A stretch of DNA of 61,372 bases, filler included, from Sphacelaria rigidula (taxonomy: Eukaryota), in assembly GCA_964200075.2 (NCBI GenBank). It is 7 parts of 7 records of this genome, joined end to end, with 100 filler letters (N's around TTAATTAATTAA, not from the genome) between each part and the next. Parts side by side here need not be neighbours in the genome. Positions count along the whole stretch, not along the records: positions 8,783 to 17,464 come from CAXNAA020010393.1; positions 17,565 to 26,246 come from CAXNAA020010394.1; 5 more parts are not named here. The stretch is one strand, 5' to 3'. The notes under the pieces were generated by a model. That model ran no database searches and was not told the DNA's origin. It was given only the letters and a program-made list of their open reading frames with translations. This document shows positions 11,734-23,761 of the stretch, piece after piece. Position 1 is the stretch's first letter. Each line of letters opens with the position of its first letter. A program made the translations under genes and the position numbers.

Positions 11734-12345
11734 AATAGTGTACATGTTTTCAAGTGAAAGGGATGGCGATTCATCAGATGATGAGACCCCTTTGACCGCC
11801 AGGTCAGGTTCTCCTATCAATCGCCATCATTTTCACTTGAGAACATAGTACAAAACCCAGAGCCAGTGAATAAACCAGGAAACCGGGAACTGAGTTTGAG
11901 ATACCTCTGTTGCTGTGCAACCCTCACCCTTTGGGCACTGGACTCTCAGAAACATGGTGTTTGCACGCAGCGACCTTTTTCGTGAATCGGCATCGTGAAT
12001 CGGCATCATTTTCGATCTTTTTCGAGTAAAAATGATGCCGATTAAGAAAATCTCCAACATCCCCAGCAGCTCCTAGAACCCTGTTAGCTGAAAAAGTGCA
12101 ACCTTTACCAAAGTATCACTCTTTCATTATTTTTGCCCCTGACACTCGTGAGCTAATGACGGTGAATGCAATCTGAAGCATGTAGAGGTTGCGTAATACT
12201 TGTGTTGGGAATTTGTACTTGATATTTCAGAACAGTTTGAAGGGTACTGATTGGTCGAGGTACCGTTTTGCCCTTAGCACCACCACTATGACCTCGACAA
12301 AAATTTCCGGCGATGATAAATGCTACGGTAGGGATTGCACTTTTT

Positions 12346-13974
12346 CAAGGTTGTGTTCTGTAAGGTACGAGTACGTTCTGTTTGGTATGAGATTCCTTAC
12401 AGAGTTTACAGAACTTGTCGGGTACGGTATGGAAGGCTTACAGAAAACCGGTACCGGCAATCGGGTAACTCTTTCAGGGCATACCCGCCCCTCGGGTTAG
12501 GGTAAAGTTTTCGTACAGAACTCACAGAAACTGTCGGGTAAGGTTATGGGAAGCTTACAGAACTCACAGAAACTGTCGGGTAGGGTATGGAGGTTGCACA
12601 GAAAACTGCACCCGCAACCGGGCATCTCATCAAGAGCATACCCGTGCCCCCCGGTAACGGTACGGGAGGCCTACGTAACTCACAGAACTATCGGGTACCG
12701 GTATGGAAATCTTACAGAGTTTACAGAACTGTCGGATACGGTAAATACCCAACAAAATACCCCGGGTACACAGAAAACCGTACTCTTCACAACACGACCT
12801 TGGTATCATCATCACCCCTGTGGTGGAACCTACATCAATACAACACTGGCGAAATACAGAAGATGATAGTTCTCGAAAGCTCTGAACGGCTTCACGGGGT
12901 TGCTAGAGAAGGACTACACAAACATTCGCAGCAGTACACGTGCATGGGATCGTCAGTATCTATCGGCTTCACGTACACTCCAAGAGAGTACATAGAGGAA
13001 TATTCACGGCTGCCCGTTCTCTGGAAGCCCTTCGGCATGCGACAAAATCACCGACGGCCTTGACGACTTTCGGTGGCAGCTCATACTCTGTGCTGTACAT
13101 GTCGATAACGGCCTGGGGTTTGATGACCACGACACAACCACTATCAACGTCGATGACGTGCGTCTTGCTACTTGATCCCTTGGTGGCACAGATTAACAAT
13201 CCCCGCTCGAGCCACCACTCGAGTCTGGGGGTGATCCGTTCTGACGGTCTGCGCTACTGCTCATGTTTCGTGTTTCCACTTAGCGGTACCTCGTATCCCG
13301 CCAGATCGCCAAAAAAAAACTTTTCAACATTGAATTTTTGTTGGTGTGCAGCTTCGAATGAAGGAGTTGGGTGTGTTGATTGATGGGAGGTACCATGTTC
13401 AGGTCATGAGGTTGTATTTGGATTGAACCTATATCCGCACCTCCCCAAGGTATATACCTGTGCTCATACCTGCACGGGTATATCTATAACGGTATACCCT
13501 AACCCGGGTAGAGGTATAGAAGGTTAACAGAGCTCACAGACCTGTCGGGTACCGGTACTGGATGAAGGTCTTACAGAAATTACAGAACTTGTCGGGTACG
13601 GTATGGGAGACTTACAGAAACCCGGTACCGGTAATCGGGTATCCTTCAAGAGCATACCCGCACTCCGGGTACGGGTGAACATTCTGTACAGAAGTCACAG
13701 AACTGTCGGGTAAGGGTCTGGAAGACTTACAGAACTCATAGAAACTGTCGGTTAGGGTATGGAGGTTGCACAGAAAACCGTATCCGCAATCGGGTATCTT
13801 ATCAAGAGCGCGTACCCGTGCCCCCCGGTAACAGTACGGGAGTCTAGGAGAATACAGAACTATCGGGTAAGGGCATGAAAGTCTTACAGAAGTCACAGAA
13901 CTGTCGGGTACGGTAAATACCCGGGAAAATAACCCGGATATTCCGAAACCCGTACCCTACAGAACACAACCTTG
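12346..13974. mobile_element. Non-autonomous hAT-type DNA transposon with subterminal minisatellite arrays
   Basis: 17-bp perfect TIR CAAGGTTGTGTTCTGTA / TACAGAACACAACCTTG and an 8-bp direct repeat CACTTTTT at 12338-12345 and 13975-13982 (8-bp TSDs typify hAT). ACAGAACTGTCGGGTA-type arrays lie at ~12400-12780 and ~13520-13960. No transposase recognised. Confidence 0.85.
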
Positions 13975-14920
13975 CACTTTTTGTTCCTGGGTCTCTTTTT
14001 CGTAGGAGCCCAAATATATGGGGCGTATCACTGTGCAACCCTAACCCTTCGGGGACCAGACTCCCAGAAACATGGTGTTCGCACGCAGGGGCTTTTTCGT
14101 GAATCGGCATTATTTTCAGTCTTTTTCAAGTAAAAATGATGTCGATTCTCGAAATGACTCGGCCGGCACCCCGAGCAGCCCCGAGAAACGTTTTCGCAAA
14201 AAATAGTGTAACCCCTACCGTGGCATTGCTCCGATGTCACCCTCTTCAGTTGTCCGTGGCGATCAGTATGATCCAAAAGGGATTTGCTGATGAGTAAACA
14301 TCGGGTCGCAGCCGTGAACCAGCCTGTAGTAGCATTTTTTTAATCAAGAATCAGCTACGCACCCTTGCGTACATGATCGCGTCACCGACGCTCCTCCCCC
14401 CCGTTGGGGAAACACCCCTGAGGCAAATGTGTACGACGTGGCTGTCTCTGGAAGTGGCGGTACCAGAAAATGAAGCAACTCAATGGAGGCTGCCATTCAA
14501 ATGCAAGATAATCAGTAGGCTTCGGGCCGAACAATCTCAGCAGGATGCAGCTCACCCTTCATGCGACTCGCCGAACACATCATGGCGCTTTGCGCTTGGT
14601 GACTACTTGCGAGTCTGGTCCGCCGAAAACCCGCGTGGCCCGTCCCGGCTTTGTAGAGGTGCGAGGTCAATGGCCATATGACTACTCGTACGGCATGCAA
14701 GAACATGAGCACCCCCCCCCCCCTCCCCCCTCCCTGATGACTCCGTTCTTCCCGCTCCTCGCTCTTCATGCTGCCCCCCTGATAATACTTTGCTTCGCTG
14801 TTACTCTTTACCATCTGGGACTGGTGCTTTTGGCATGGGTGCGGCTTGCGATACCTACACACCCTTCAATGTTGTGACTCGTCTTCGCGCCCGATCTTCC
14901 CTGGTGACCGGCATGAGCAG

Positions 14921-14999
14921 AGGACATCAGGAAGGAGGGTAAATGTCCCAAGTACGAAGCTGTTGAGGGATTCAATGTGGACAAGTACATGGGAATATG
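14921..14999 (+). CDS. Internal exon of a lipocalin-like (ApoD/chloroplast lipocalin-type) gene
   Basis: cag|AG...TG|gtgagt boundaries. Translates to (E)DIRKEGKCPKYEAVEGFNVDKYMGI(W), resembling the lipocalin N-terminal CP...F(D/N)xxKYxGxWY motif. No other exons found on this contig. Confidence 0.65.
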
Positions 15000-15920
15000 G
15001 TGAGTGGTGACGTGAGAGGGCAAGAAAAACACAGCAAATTATGTTTTGTTTGCGACTGTTGGTTTTTTAGCGCGGGGTTCTGGTTCTGTACAAGGTGGCT
15101 CGAGACTGGATCCCACAATCAAACACAGCTTGGCTTTCCCTCTGAACAAAAAAATGGAGTTCCTATAAATATGCAAGCAGGCAGCGAGGAATGTTATATA
15201 CGCAGCACGTGTATATGTATGTATATACTTGAATGTGTACCTTTTTGAACGTTTTGAGAGGTGTACCTTTTCATGTCCGGTGACCTCACACTTGGCAGAC
15301 GCAGTGAGGGGGGAGGTATCGAAATGCCTGCCTCAGATAACAAATATTTTGTGATATACAAGCCGTACGGGACCTGGGGCGGCGCCCCGGTCCCGTACGT
15401 CTTTTTCGAGGGTCTCGGTATTCTTGCCGTGCCAAGCCCTCGTGATAATAGATCCTCTCTTAAAATGTTCATGCCCGCCGGAAATATTGCAGGACCACCG
15501 CGATCGCGCGTCCGTTCAAACGGTCGCGAACGCATCTGTACCCCCACACAAAGTAAAGTACGAATATGCTAACCGGACCCCTAGCATTGACATTGGCCCG
15601 AACAGTCATCTTCCGGGGCGGGTGCGGAGGAACTTGGACACTAAACTCAGCATTGAATCTCGTGGACGCCTCGTTACGAAGTATGCTTCACGCTCGTGCG
15701 TTCGAAATGTTATATATATATACTATACAGGGAGAAATGTGAGTACATAATTCGAAAAACAAATCAGGGTACACAAGCAATTACACATTCAAGGGTTTTA
15801 GACAGGACGCGCGATGATTTATAACTCTCAAGTTAGCTCGTAGTGCTTGCTGCACGAGTGAAATGTTATCTCTTCTTTTTATTTTTATCGTATTCAGTAT
15901 GCTTCCGTCTTAGACACTTT

Positions 15921-16170
15921 CTACGATAGCCCCCCCCACCCACCCCCGACAAAATGTACATGGTTTGGGGAGGGAAAATGTTCACGTAAATCGAAGTGGA
16001 AAAAGCTGAGCACAACAAGCAGCTGGGAATTCCCACGCTTGGGTTCGTTCTCGCCAATATCGTCGATATGAGGCGCTTCATGCAGCCTGAACCCAAACAT
16101 CAGGCGCTGTACGACCATTTTTTTCGTGACAGTTTTGGGCTGGTTTTGTGAGGGAGGGGTCATCATAGAA
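15921..16170 (+). mobile_element. Dispersed ~240-bp MITE-like repeat (family D)
   Basis: Collinear with 38452-38695 (AAAATGTTCACGTAAATCG, GAGCACAACAAGCAGCTGGGAATT, CATGCAGCCTGAACC); C-rich left end and G-rich right end. Confidence 0.75.
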
Positions 16171-16460
16171 AGTGTCTTTGTTTGTTGTCGTCTGTATACA
16201 CATCACATCTTGGGCAATGACAGTAGACAACAGTGTCAAAAAGTGTACAGCGTACAGTATCGAATTGATTTTATTGTATCTTCATTGCAATATACAAAAG
16301 ATTCGATCCTGTTTGCAGTAGACTTGTTCCCAGTGTTGTCTGTTGTCGTTGTCCAGCGTTTTATTTTCATTTTTATTTATTTATTTGTCGCACTTTGAAC
16401 CCCTCTCCTTCTTCAGGACGGGTCCGTGGTCTCAAGGGATCAACCCATCTCTCCTCGGTG

Positions 16461-16495
<35 letters not shown>

Positions 16496-16736
16496 GCAAT
16501 ACGAAGTACCGTGCAGAAACAACTCAAGGATTTATGTATATATATATCCACAACATTTTATTCATTTTTTACTTTTGCCTGTGGAGTGTTTTGATCTGCT
16601 GTATGTATCACAACACGACCACCGCACAAAGCTAGCTAGCTATTCTGGGTGCATTGTCCCGACGCAAGATTGATTGATTTGCCGGATTGTGTGGTTGATT
16701 TGTTGTCACACACTAACTCATTCGCTGACAGTGAGT

Positions 16737-17065
16737 AACAGCCGATCATCGAAATTAAGCATGTAGCTTTCATTGAAGATGATAACCCGGAGGATTAAAA
16801 TCTTCGTATCGACGCCGAATCTTCGAAATATGGTTCCATTCCTTCACCTACTGGTAGCTATTAACAAGTAGATGAGAACCCGGAGGATAAAAATATTCGT
16901 ATCCACACCAAATCTTCGAAATATGGTTCCATCCATTTCAAAAGCTACCTGTAGGTGAAGGAATGGAACCATATTTCGAAGATTTGGTGGACACGAAAAT
17001 TTTAACCTTCCGGGTTTTCATCCTCAATGAAAAGCTACATCCTCAATTTTGATGATCGGCTGTTA
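16737..17065. mobile_element. Foldback MITE (family C)
   Basis: Long inverted arms AACAGCCGATCATC...CTTCACCTAC / GTAGGTGAAG...GATGATCGGCTGTT with an internal duplicated arm segment. Related to 39636-40065 and 57232-57643. Confidence 0.75.
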
Positions 17066-17464
17066 AGTCTAGCCGTGGTCACTGCTCGTAGTATGTACTG
17101 TTGTACCCGAGGATATGGAGATGATGTTCCAAAACACTCGTCAATGGAAAGGTCGTGAATTCTTCCAACCGCAAGCGTAGTCCATCTGGATCACGCATTC
17201 GTTTTCCAAGTGAAATCGATGCCGATTCAAAATATCACCTACTCTCGTCGAATAAGGGTTAAAGGGGAAATGCGGGGATCATATTGAAGAGAGTACGGAC
17301 AAAAACGGGTACTGTAGAGGTGAAGACGATGAGGCGAAAAAACGGTAGGGGGGGGGGGAAAGGGGAAGATGACTATAAAGATACAGGCTGGGCCAGCCTA
17401 CAAGCGGATTTGTACTTTGCAGGCGAATTCGCAATTTTTTTCTTGGAATTGGAAAGTGAAATTT

Positions 17465-17564
17465 NNNNNNNNNNNNNNNNNNNNNNNNNNNNNNNNNNNN
17501 NNNNNNNNTTAATTAATTAANNNNNNNNNNNNNNNNNNNNNNNNNNNNNNNNNNNNNNNNNNNN
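17465..17564. other. Artificial contig spacer
   Basis: N44-TTAATTAATTAA-N44. Confidence 0.98.
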
Positions 17565-18032
17565 CCGAGCAGCAATCCCGACCTTTGCCCCACCATCAAA
17601 GTCTCTCCCCCCCCCCCCCCCCCCCGCTCCTACCTCGCATACACAATTTTGGGATGGTTCAAACGTCAAAGGTAGTAAATTTCGACATGCTGCTACAGTA
17701 TATATCTGTGACTCCATTCCCAGAGACGCCTTAGAGAGTCGCGGTTAGCGGTGTGGGTTAAGTAGGCACGTGCTTGTCGAGGCAAACTATGCGTTCCTGT
17801 CGACAAGCTGGGGAAAGCCCGTCGCGCTGCTGTATGCCTAGGGGTCGACCTATTGATTAGCATGCATGGGTTCCGTCGTATCATACTGTTTTGGCGATAC
17901 ATCCCAACTTCGTCGTCGAAGCGCCAGAGTTGCCCACAGATGGTTCACGAGTGGCCAAGCTTATGTCCGTTGGGTTGCTAGTCGAAACACCCAACACCCA
18001 ACACCGCACGTGTTGCCACTTGACGGGCGCAG

Positions 18033-18107
18033 ATCTTGCTCAAGAAAAAGGCTGTTGATGATATCATGGGGGGCGAAGATGCATGGGCTAATGTGGACAA
18101 GACACAG
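18033..18107 (+). CDS. POLR3K: RNA polymerase III subunit RPC11/C11, internal exon
   Basis: cgcag|ATC...CAG|gtgagc; 75 nt encoding ILLKKKAVDDIMGGEDAWANVDKTQ, matching the RPC11 linker motif (K.VDDV.GG..AW.NVD.T). A phase-0 intron joins it to 19515. Confidence 0.9.
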
Positions 18108-18485
18108 GTGAGCGTACGATTGCGTGCGCATCGGGCCACGACAGTACTGTGCTATACGTACGTCACAGATGGCACCCTTGCGATGTGTGCAGACAGTGAG
18201 GAAAGTTAGGGAACAAATCTGAAGCACCTTTCGGTTTTTGGTTATTTGTCGTCGGTAGAGTCATGTCTCTCTCTCTGGGTCAAGACCTTTATAAAATGGA
18301 GCTTTGGAAGGGTTTCCGATGCAGATATGGAGTGAATATCCTAGGGCGGCGACCATCCTCCGTGGATTTGAGTACTTGAGCGTACGGTGGATGCCACTTT
18401 TTCCCGCGGTGTAGCTCTTTTTAGACGTTTCTGTAGCGAATGACTCTGTTTCGTCTCTTTACGTGAGGTACGGTTATCTTGTTGA

Positions 18486-18727
18486 CCCTTTTTGGAACCG
18501 TTGATGGAAAAGTGACGATTTACAATTGATGTTTTCTTGGGCAATATATGGTTGTTTTTCTGTAGATATTAACAATGCAGCCCACCCACACGGTGCACCA
18601 CTCTAAGTTCAATTATACTAATGTGACAGATTCGTGCACAGAACTCCAACTGACGTTTTCCCGGTGACGAAAGCTTGCATATGGGAGTTTGTAAATCGTC
18701 ACTTTTCCATCTACGGTTCCAAAAGGG
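18486..18727. mobile_element. piggyBac-type MITE inside the RPC11 intron
   Basis: ~40-bp TIRs CCCTTTTTGGAACCGTTGATGGAAAAGTGACGATTTAC / GTAAATCGTCACTTTTCCATCTACGGTTCCAAAAGGG flanked by TTGA and TTAA. Related ends at ~26652 and ~50640. Confidence 0.75.
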
Positions 18728-19514
18728 TTAACACGGCTTGATTCTTATCAATACTGTATCGCACGTGTTGTGCAACACTCAAAAAATCAATCGGGAACGA
18801 CGGCGGTTTGGCTTTTTCCTCAGTATTGCTGCTAATTACGCACTGTAATGTTTGCCGTTGCGGCTCCCAGTATTGCCGTGGCCTTCGGGGTGACCAGCTG
18901 GTGTCCAGTGTGGGTACGGCTTTGTATCTCCGGAGTGCGTGAGCCACCGATGCGACGTAGCTGTCGGTTGACTCTTTGGTTGATTGTCACACATTAACTC
19001 ACCCGCGACGAATGAATGCAGCAGGGGTAACAATGAACACTTATCCAAGGTGACTGAACGTGAACAGTCGAAGAATGAAATTCGACAAAAGGAAACATGA
19101 AAAAGAAAGGAGAGAACAGGACTGTACTGGAGGTCAGAGAAGGGAAAAAGGAGGGAAAGGGGAAGGAAAGAAAGGGGAAAATAAATTCAAAAACGGAATA
19201 AAAAATTCAAAGATTCAGTAACTTTCCGGGAAAAAACCGACAGGCCCCTGTCGCATGGCCCTCACGAAGGCAGATGTCACCCCCGTTTCTTCTTCGCGGT
19301 ACACGAGAAATAAAGGGCTATTGCGTGAGACGGTAGCCCCCGGAAACGCAGTGCTGAGCTTGTTTTTTGCCTCTGAAGTTCCGCGTTGGTTGCTGCCGTT
19401 CCTCCAGTGCCGGCAATGCCAAGGGGACATTTAATTGTCTTCAGCCTTTCTCCAATCTGACTGCTCCTCCCTTCCTCCCACCCCCCGCCGATATTCCTGT
19501 GTTTTGGAACCCAG

Positions 19515-19637
19515 GCAACATGCCCAAACTGCAATAATAAGGAGGCCTTTTTCATGCAGGTACAGCTACGATCTGCCGATGAACCCATGACCTGCTTCTA
19601 CAAGTGTACCAGATGCAAACAGCGATGGAACGAATAA
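19515..19637 (+). CDS. POLR3K: RNA polymerase III subunit RPC11/C11, last exon (TFIIS-like zinc ribbon)
   Basis: ccag|GCA...TAA; ATCPNCNNKEAFFMQVQLRSADEPMTCFYKCTRCKQRWNE*, with CxxC...QxRSADEPMT.FYKCxxC. The N-terminal exon(s) were not found on this contig. Confidence 0.93.
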   Translation, partial: ATCPNCNNKEAFFMQVQLRSADEPMTCFYKCTRCKQRWNE

Positions 19638-21207
19638 TGAAAGGATACCGAGTATACTCTTGTGTTGGTGCTAGCGTGGATCTACAGCCCGGGGGGGTGA
19701 GGGGGGGTACTGTTTGACGGGGTTATTCTAGGTGGTGTGTTGTATCTTCTTCGCCGGTACACAGTTTTCAGATTGAGTGTGTTGGGGTGTGTGGTGATGT
19801 GATGGGAGTGTTCCTTTTCCTGTTGTGTTTCGTGTTTATCGAGTTCGGGCCATTGACAATACCTGAGCCATGGAGTGGTCGGCTTTCCCGGTGCCGCCGT
19901 TGTCACTGGAGTGGTGAGCGCTTGTGCTGGTTTTATGAGTAGCCTTGAGCTGGTACACGGCAGCGAGAGATCATGGGCGAAGAGGACCCATATCGAGCAA
20001 CCATACTTGTAGTGATGTCGTGGACACGAATGCTGTTTCGGGTAACCAACTACACCCTATTTGGCCCCTGTGGGACGACTCCGGATCGATATATTTTATT
20101 TTTCCCCTTTGTCAGACCTCTTCTGCTGCTGGATGACTCACGGGTGATATTTGATCGTGCGTTGTTGCCACTTTCCCGCTCGTACCATGCGGACTATCCC
20201 CTACGGGAGTGTACGTATTGCATGTGTGCTGCACCCCTCCTGCCACTATTCAAAGTATAGCTGCACACGAGAGAAAGCTTGCAGGCCGGGCACTATGACT
20301 CTAGAAAGCTTCGAAGTAGGGCGTCAAGCAGTAGTAATGTGTACACTGTATGCCACCGAAAGCACCCTTTGTTCATGTACCACTGTACGGCGTGGAATGA
20401 AACGCCATTCCCTCCGAAGAGAGTCGTCCACTTACGATCCGGATTATGATCACTGAGCACACTGTATTTTGTCACTCAATACTTGCTCAAGATTTCGAAC
20501 TGAATGACTCCCTCCCCCACTTGTCTTTTCTAAGTACCCGTGACTGCAAAGTAGTCATGATCCACCACAGCTCGTGGATTGCCACTCTGATTGAAGCCAG
20601 TTCACTCCATCCATCACAATACTGATCGATCAAATCGAAGAAACGAACAAAATTCCATCAACCCTCAACACGCACCAGATATCAGCGGCATTTGCACGTG
20701 TTACATCCTCTACGCGCCAGTGATCGGCGGTCAAGCACCACGATACCTCGTCAAGCAATGATGAAGATGCACATACGGATAAGTTCAATCCCCCGGGCGC
20801 CACAGAACGCTTTCAAGTCTCGACCCGGTCATATTGCGTGGGGCAAGAAAAACGTTTTACTCTGCCCAGAGGTACCTTTTATACATGGATAGATGCGGTC
20901 CTTACATCCATTGCCCATCGAATGGCTTCGAAATAGACTTTTCTCCCACCATTAGCAGACAGCAACGAATCCTTTGCTACGGCAATTCTGTCAAAACACC
21001 ACTTCCGCATGCACAGACAGAAGTAAATATGTCACACCCGCGATAGCTTAAACTGCCAGCGAGGTCGTACACTCTTAAACCTCAACACCCGCCCCCCTAG
21101 TGTCCCCCACGAAAACATGTCACGAGCGTGCTCCGCACCCACGCCCAGCTGGGAAACGATTAGCAGTGCGGTAGGAGGTTCTATACCCCGCTACATGCAA
21201 CAAACAG

Positions 21208-23757
21208 TGTTCGTAGGATGGCCTGGGGTGGTCAGTAAGATACACCTTGTCAGGATAAGGTACAATGGTCTCGTGACATACCTGTTTTGGTTCCGGGCAC
21301 TACGCGGGATGACTTTATATTGTGATGTTAGTGACTAGACACATACGTGAGTGGTGCTTGTCGCATCTTGATACCTTGGCCCCCACTGGGTCCACTCCCC
21401 TTCCTTCCCTCTTCATCAACAAAGCTTTATATACGTTTCTACCTCATCTTGATCGGCAGTCAGCCGTGTCGATTGGTCGACTACTTCAGTCGTGTCCATT
21501 GATCGACTATCTGAGTCGAGTCTGCACCCCATCTTCTCACGGGGTCACGAAGCTACAAACACTCTAGAGCCTCTACCCAACTTGGGAGCTTTGTGGCCAA
21601 GGGACCGATGGCGGACTGGAGCACCGCGGAAAGACACTTGGCCGTCGTGGGAGACACATCGTCTCCAACGGAGATCCTGGAGGTGAAAGAGAATGTCGCC
21701 AGCTTGCAAGGATCGGTGACGGGAAATACCGAGCAGCTGGCGGAGCTGAGGATGATGATGTCCCAATTAGTGCGCGGGACATCGTCCACTGGCCTTGGAA
21801 CGGTAGTGGGCGGGGAGGGGGAGGCTGGTGCCGGAACAGGGAGGGTCCGGTCACCACGCGGTGTAGGGGTTGTATCAGGCCCTCTCCGAGGATCCACGGG
21901 TGATGTATCCGCCCAAGTATGAACGAGGAGTCCCCGGCTTACTACCCTCATCTAGGCGTGAAGAGTTGTTTTCGTGTTGATGAATGATTCGATGAGAAGT
22001 TTGACGGTAGGGACGAAAATTGGCCGTTGTTCCGTGATGACGATTCCCTGACACAAGTTAGTGCCACAGTTTTCGTAAGCGCCTCACGTGACAGACGGGA
22101 ACTATTTCCGTATGCCACAGGAAACTGGCCAGGACCCCCGTGAAGTGGCAAGGGAAGTCGAAAAAGGGACTTACGAATTTACAAGGGACCTCGGGAAATA
22201 CGGGGGATTCAAAACCTGATGGGCGTGAAAAATGGTTCTGTAAAGGAGAGGCGATGTTGGATTTGCCGGAAGCAAACAGCACACTCCGCGCATGACTGTC
22301 CGGAGCGGTATTGGATGAGATGCGGACAAAAGGGACATTCGTTTCAGGATTGTAGTACAGGAGAAGATGAAGATACAGCGATGGCAGTAGGGTCGTCGAG
22401 TAGTAGCGATTCTTCAGTATGTTTAGAAGCGGACGCAGAAGCCTTTTGAAAATGATGGCATGAAACCTACGCATGACTCAAATACCCCTTTGATATTGTT
22501 TTGTTTTGAGTGTTCGTGGCCATCATGCAGATAGCGGTTCATGTACCCAAAGAAAGGTTGTTGCCCAGGTGGATCGAGATGTTGTACATCTCTGGACGAT
22601 GCTGAGACCATTTTTTTTATATGGAGACCGAAACTCAGTGTTGATGTTTGACGAATATTTCTGCCTCGATGAGTGCAGACTTGCTTTGCGCGCTTGTTTG
22701 ACTCGATTGATGAGTAGAATATCGTCTGCCGTTTTTGTGAGTGTGAGAAGAGCGGGGCACCGCGTCTTAACTTGACTGTGGAACGGTGTCGGTGAAATTG
22801 CACAGAATGGAGGTGCGTGAAGAGTGTTGAGGACATGTTTTGACATGGATGCCGAAACTCAACGCTTATATGTAACATTGTTGCCACCCCGATGACGGCA
22901 GGACTGTGGGGTACCACATCCTTATTCGAGCGGTTGTGGTGAAACCTTGTTCGTCGCCTTGGTGAGTACAGGCACTTGGGGCACCACGGTCTGACTAGAC
23001 CAGAGGGTGATGTCGGTAAAACATTCCGCAGAGGGGTATGCGGATGAACGATGATTGAGACCACAAAATTTGAGGTGGATTCCGAAACTCGACATCCAAG
23101 TGAAAAAGTTGTTATCATTCCGAGAGGTGCAGGATTCGCGAGGCATCGATTTCTTAACTGGATTGGTTGATAAGACTTCATTGTTATGGTAGGAGCAAGG
23201 ACTGACTAGCGCAATACCGATGTATTTGGTTCTTGGGTGGTCCCATAGTCGGTGAAAGAAGTGACGAGTTTCGGGATTTGCGGTTGTTTTACGGTTGTGA
23301 TGAAATTCATTTCTTGAGAGGATACACCTGTTGAATGCGCCATGAGCGGAAGAGTTCTTTTTCGGTGGGTAGCTCTGTTCACTAAGTATGGTCCGTGAAC
23401 CTTACTTTTGACACCCGCAGTCAATGGGGGGGTGTTCGTAGGATGGCCTGGGGTGGCCAGTACGATACACCTTGTCAGGATAAGGTACAATAGTCCGTGA
23501 CATACCTGTTTGAGTTCCGGGTACTACGCGGGATTACTTTATATTGTGATGTTAGTGACTAGACATACGTGAGTGGTGCTTATCGCATCTTGATACCTTG
23601 GCCCCCACTGGGTCCACTCCCTTGCCTTCCCTCTTCATCAACGAAGCTTTATATACATTTCTACCTCATCTTGATCGGCAGTCAGCCGTGTCGATTGATA
23701 GACTATCTGAGTCGAGTCTGCACCCCATCTTCTCACGGGGTCACGAAGCTACAAACA
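21208..23757 (+). mobile_element. Internally deleted, non-autonomous Copia-like LTR retrotransposon
   Basis: 5' LTR 21208-21561 and 3' LTR 23433-23757, both TGTTCGTAG...CTACAAACA. 5-bp TSD AACAG (21203-21207, 23758-23762); G7 polypurine tract before the 3' LTR. Gag remnants: EKFDGRDENWPLFR (~21995-22036) and CCHC-like knuckles CWICRKQTAHSAHDC / RCGQKGHSFQDC (~22255-22353). No recognisable pol. Confidence 0.9.
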
Positions 23758-23761
23758 AACA

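Noticed and set aside
15364..15406. Bacterial rho-independent terminator or contaminant DNA
   Set aside because: The contig carries a spliceosomal exon and host MITE families, with no upstream bacterial-type gene.
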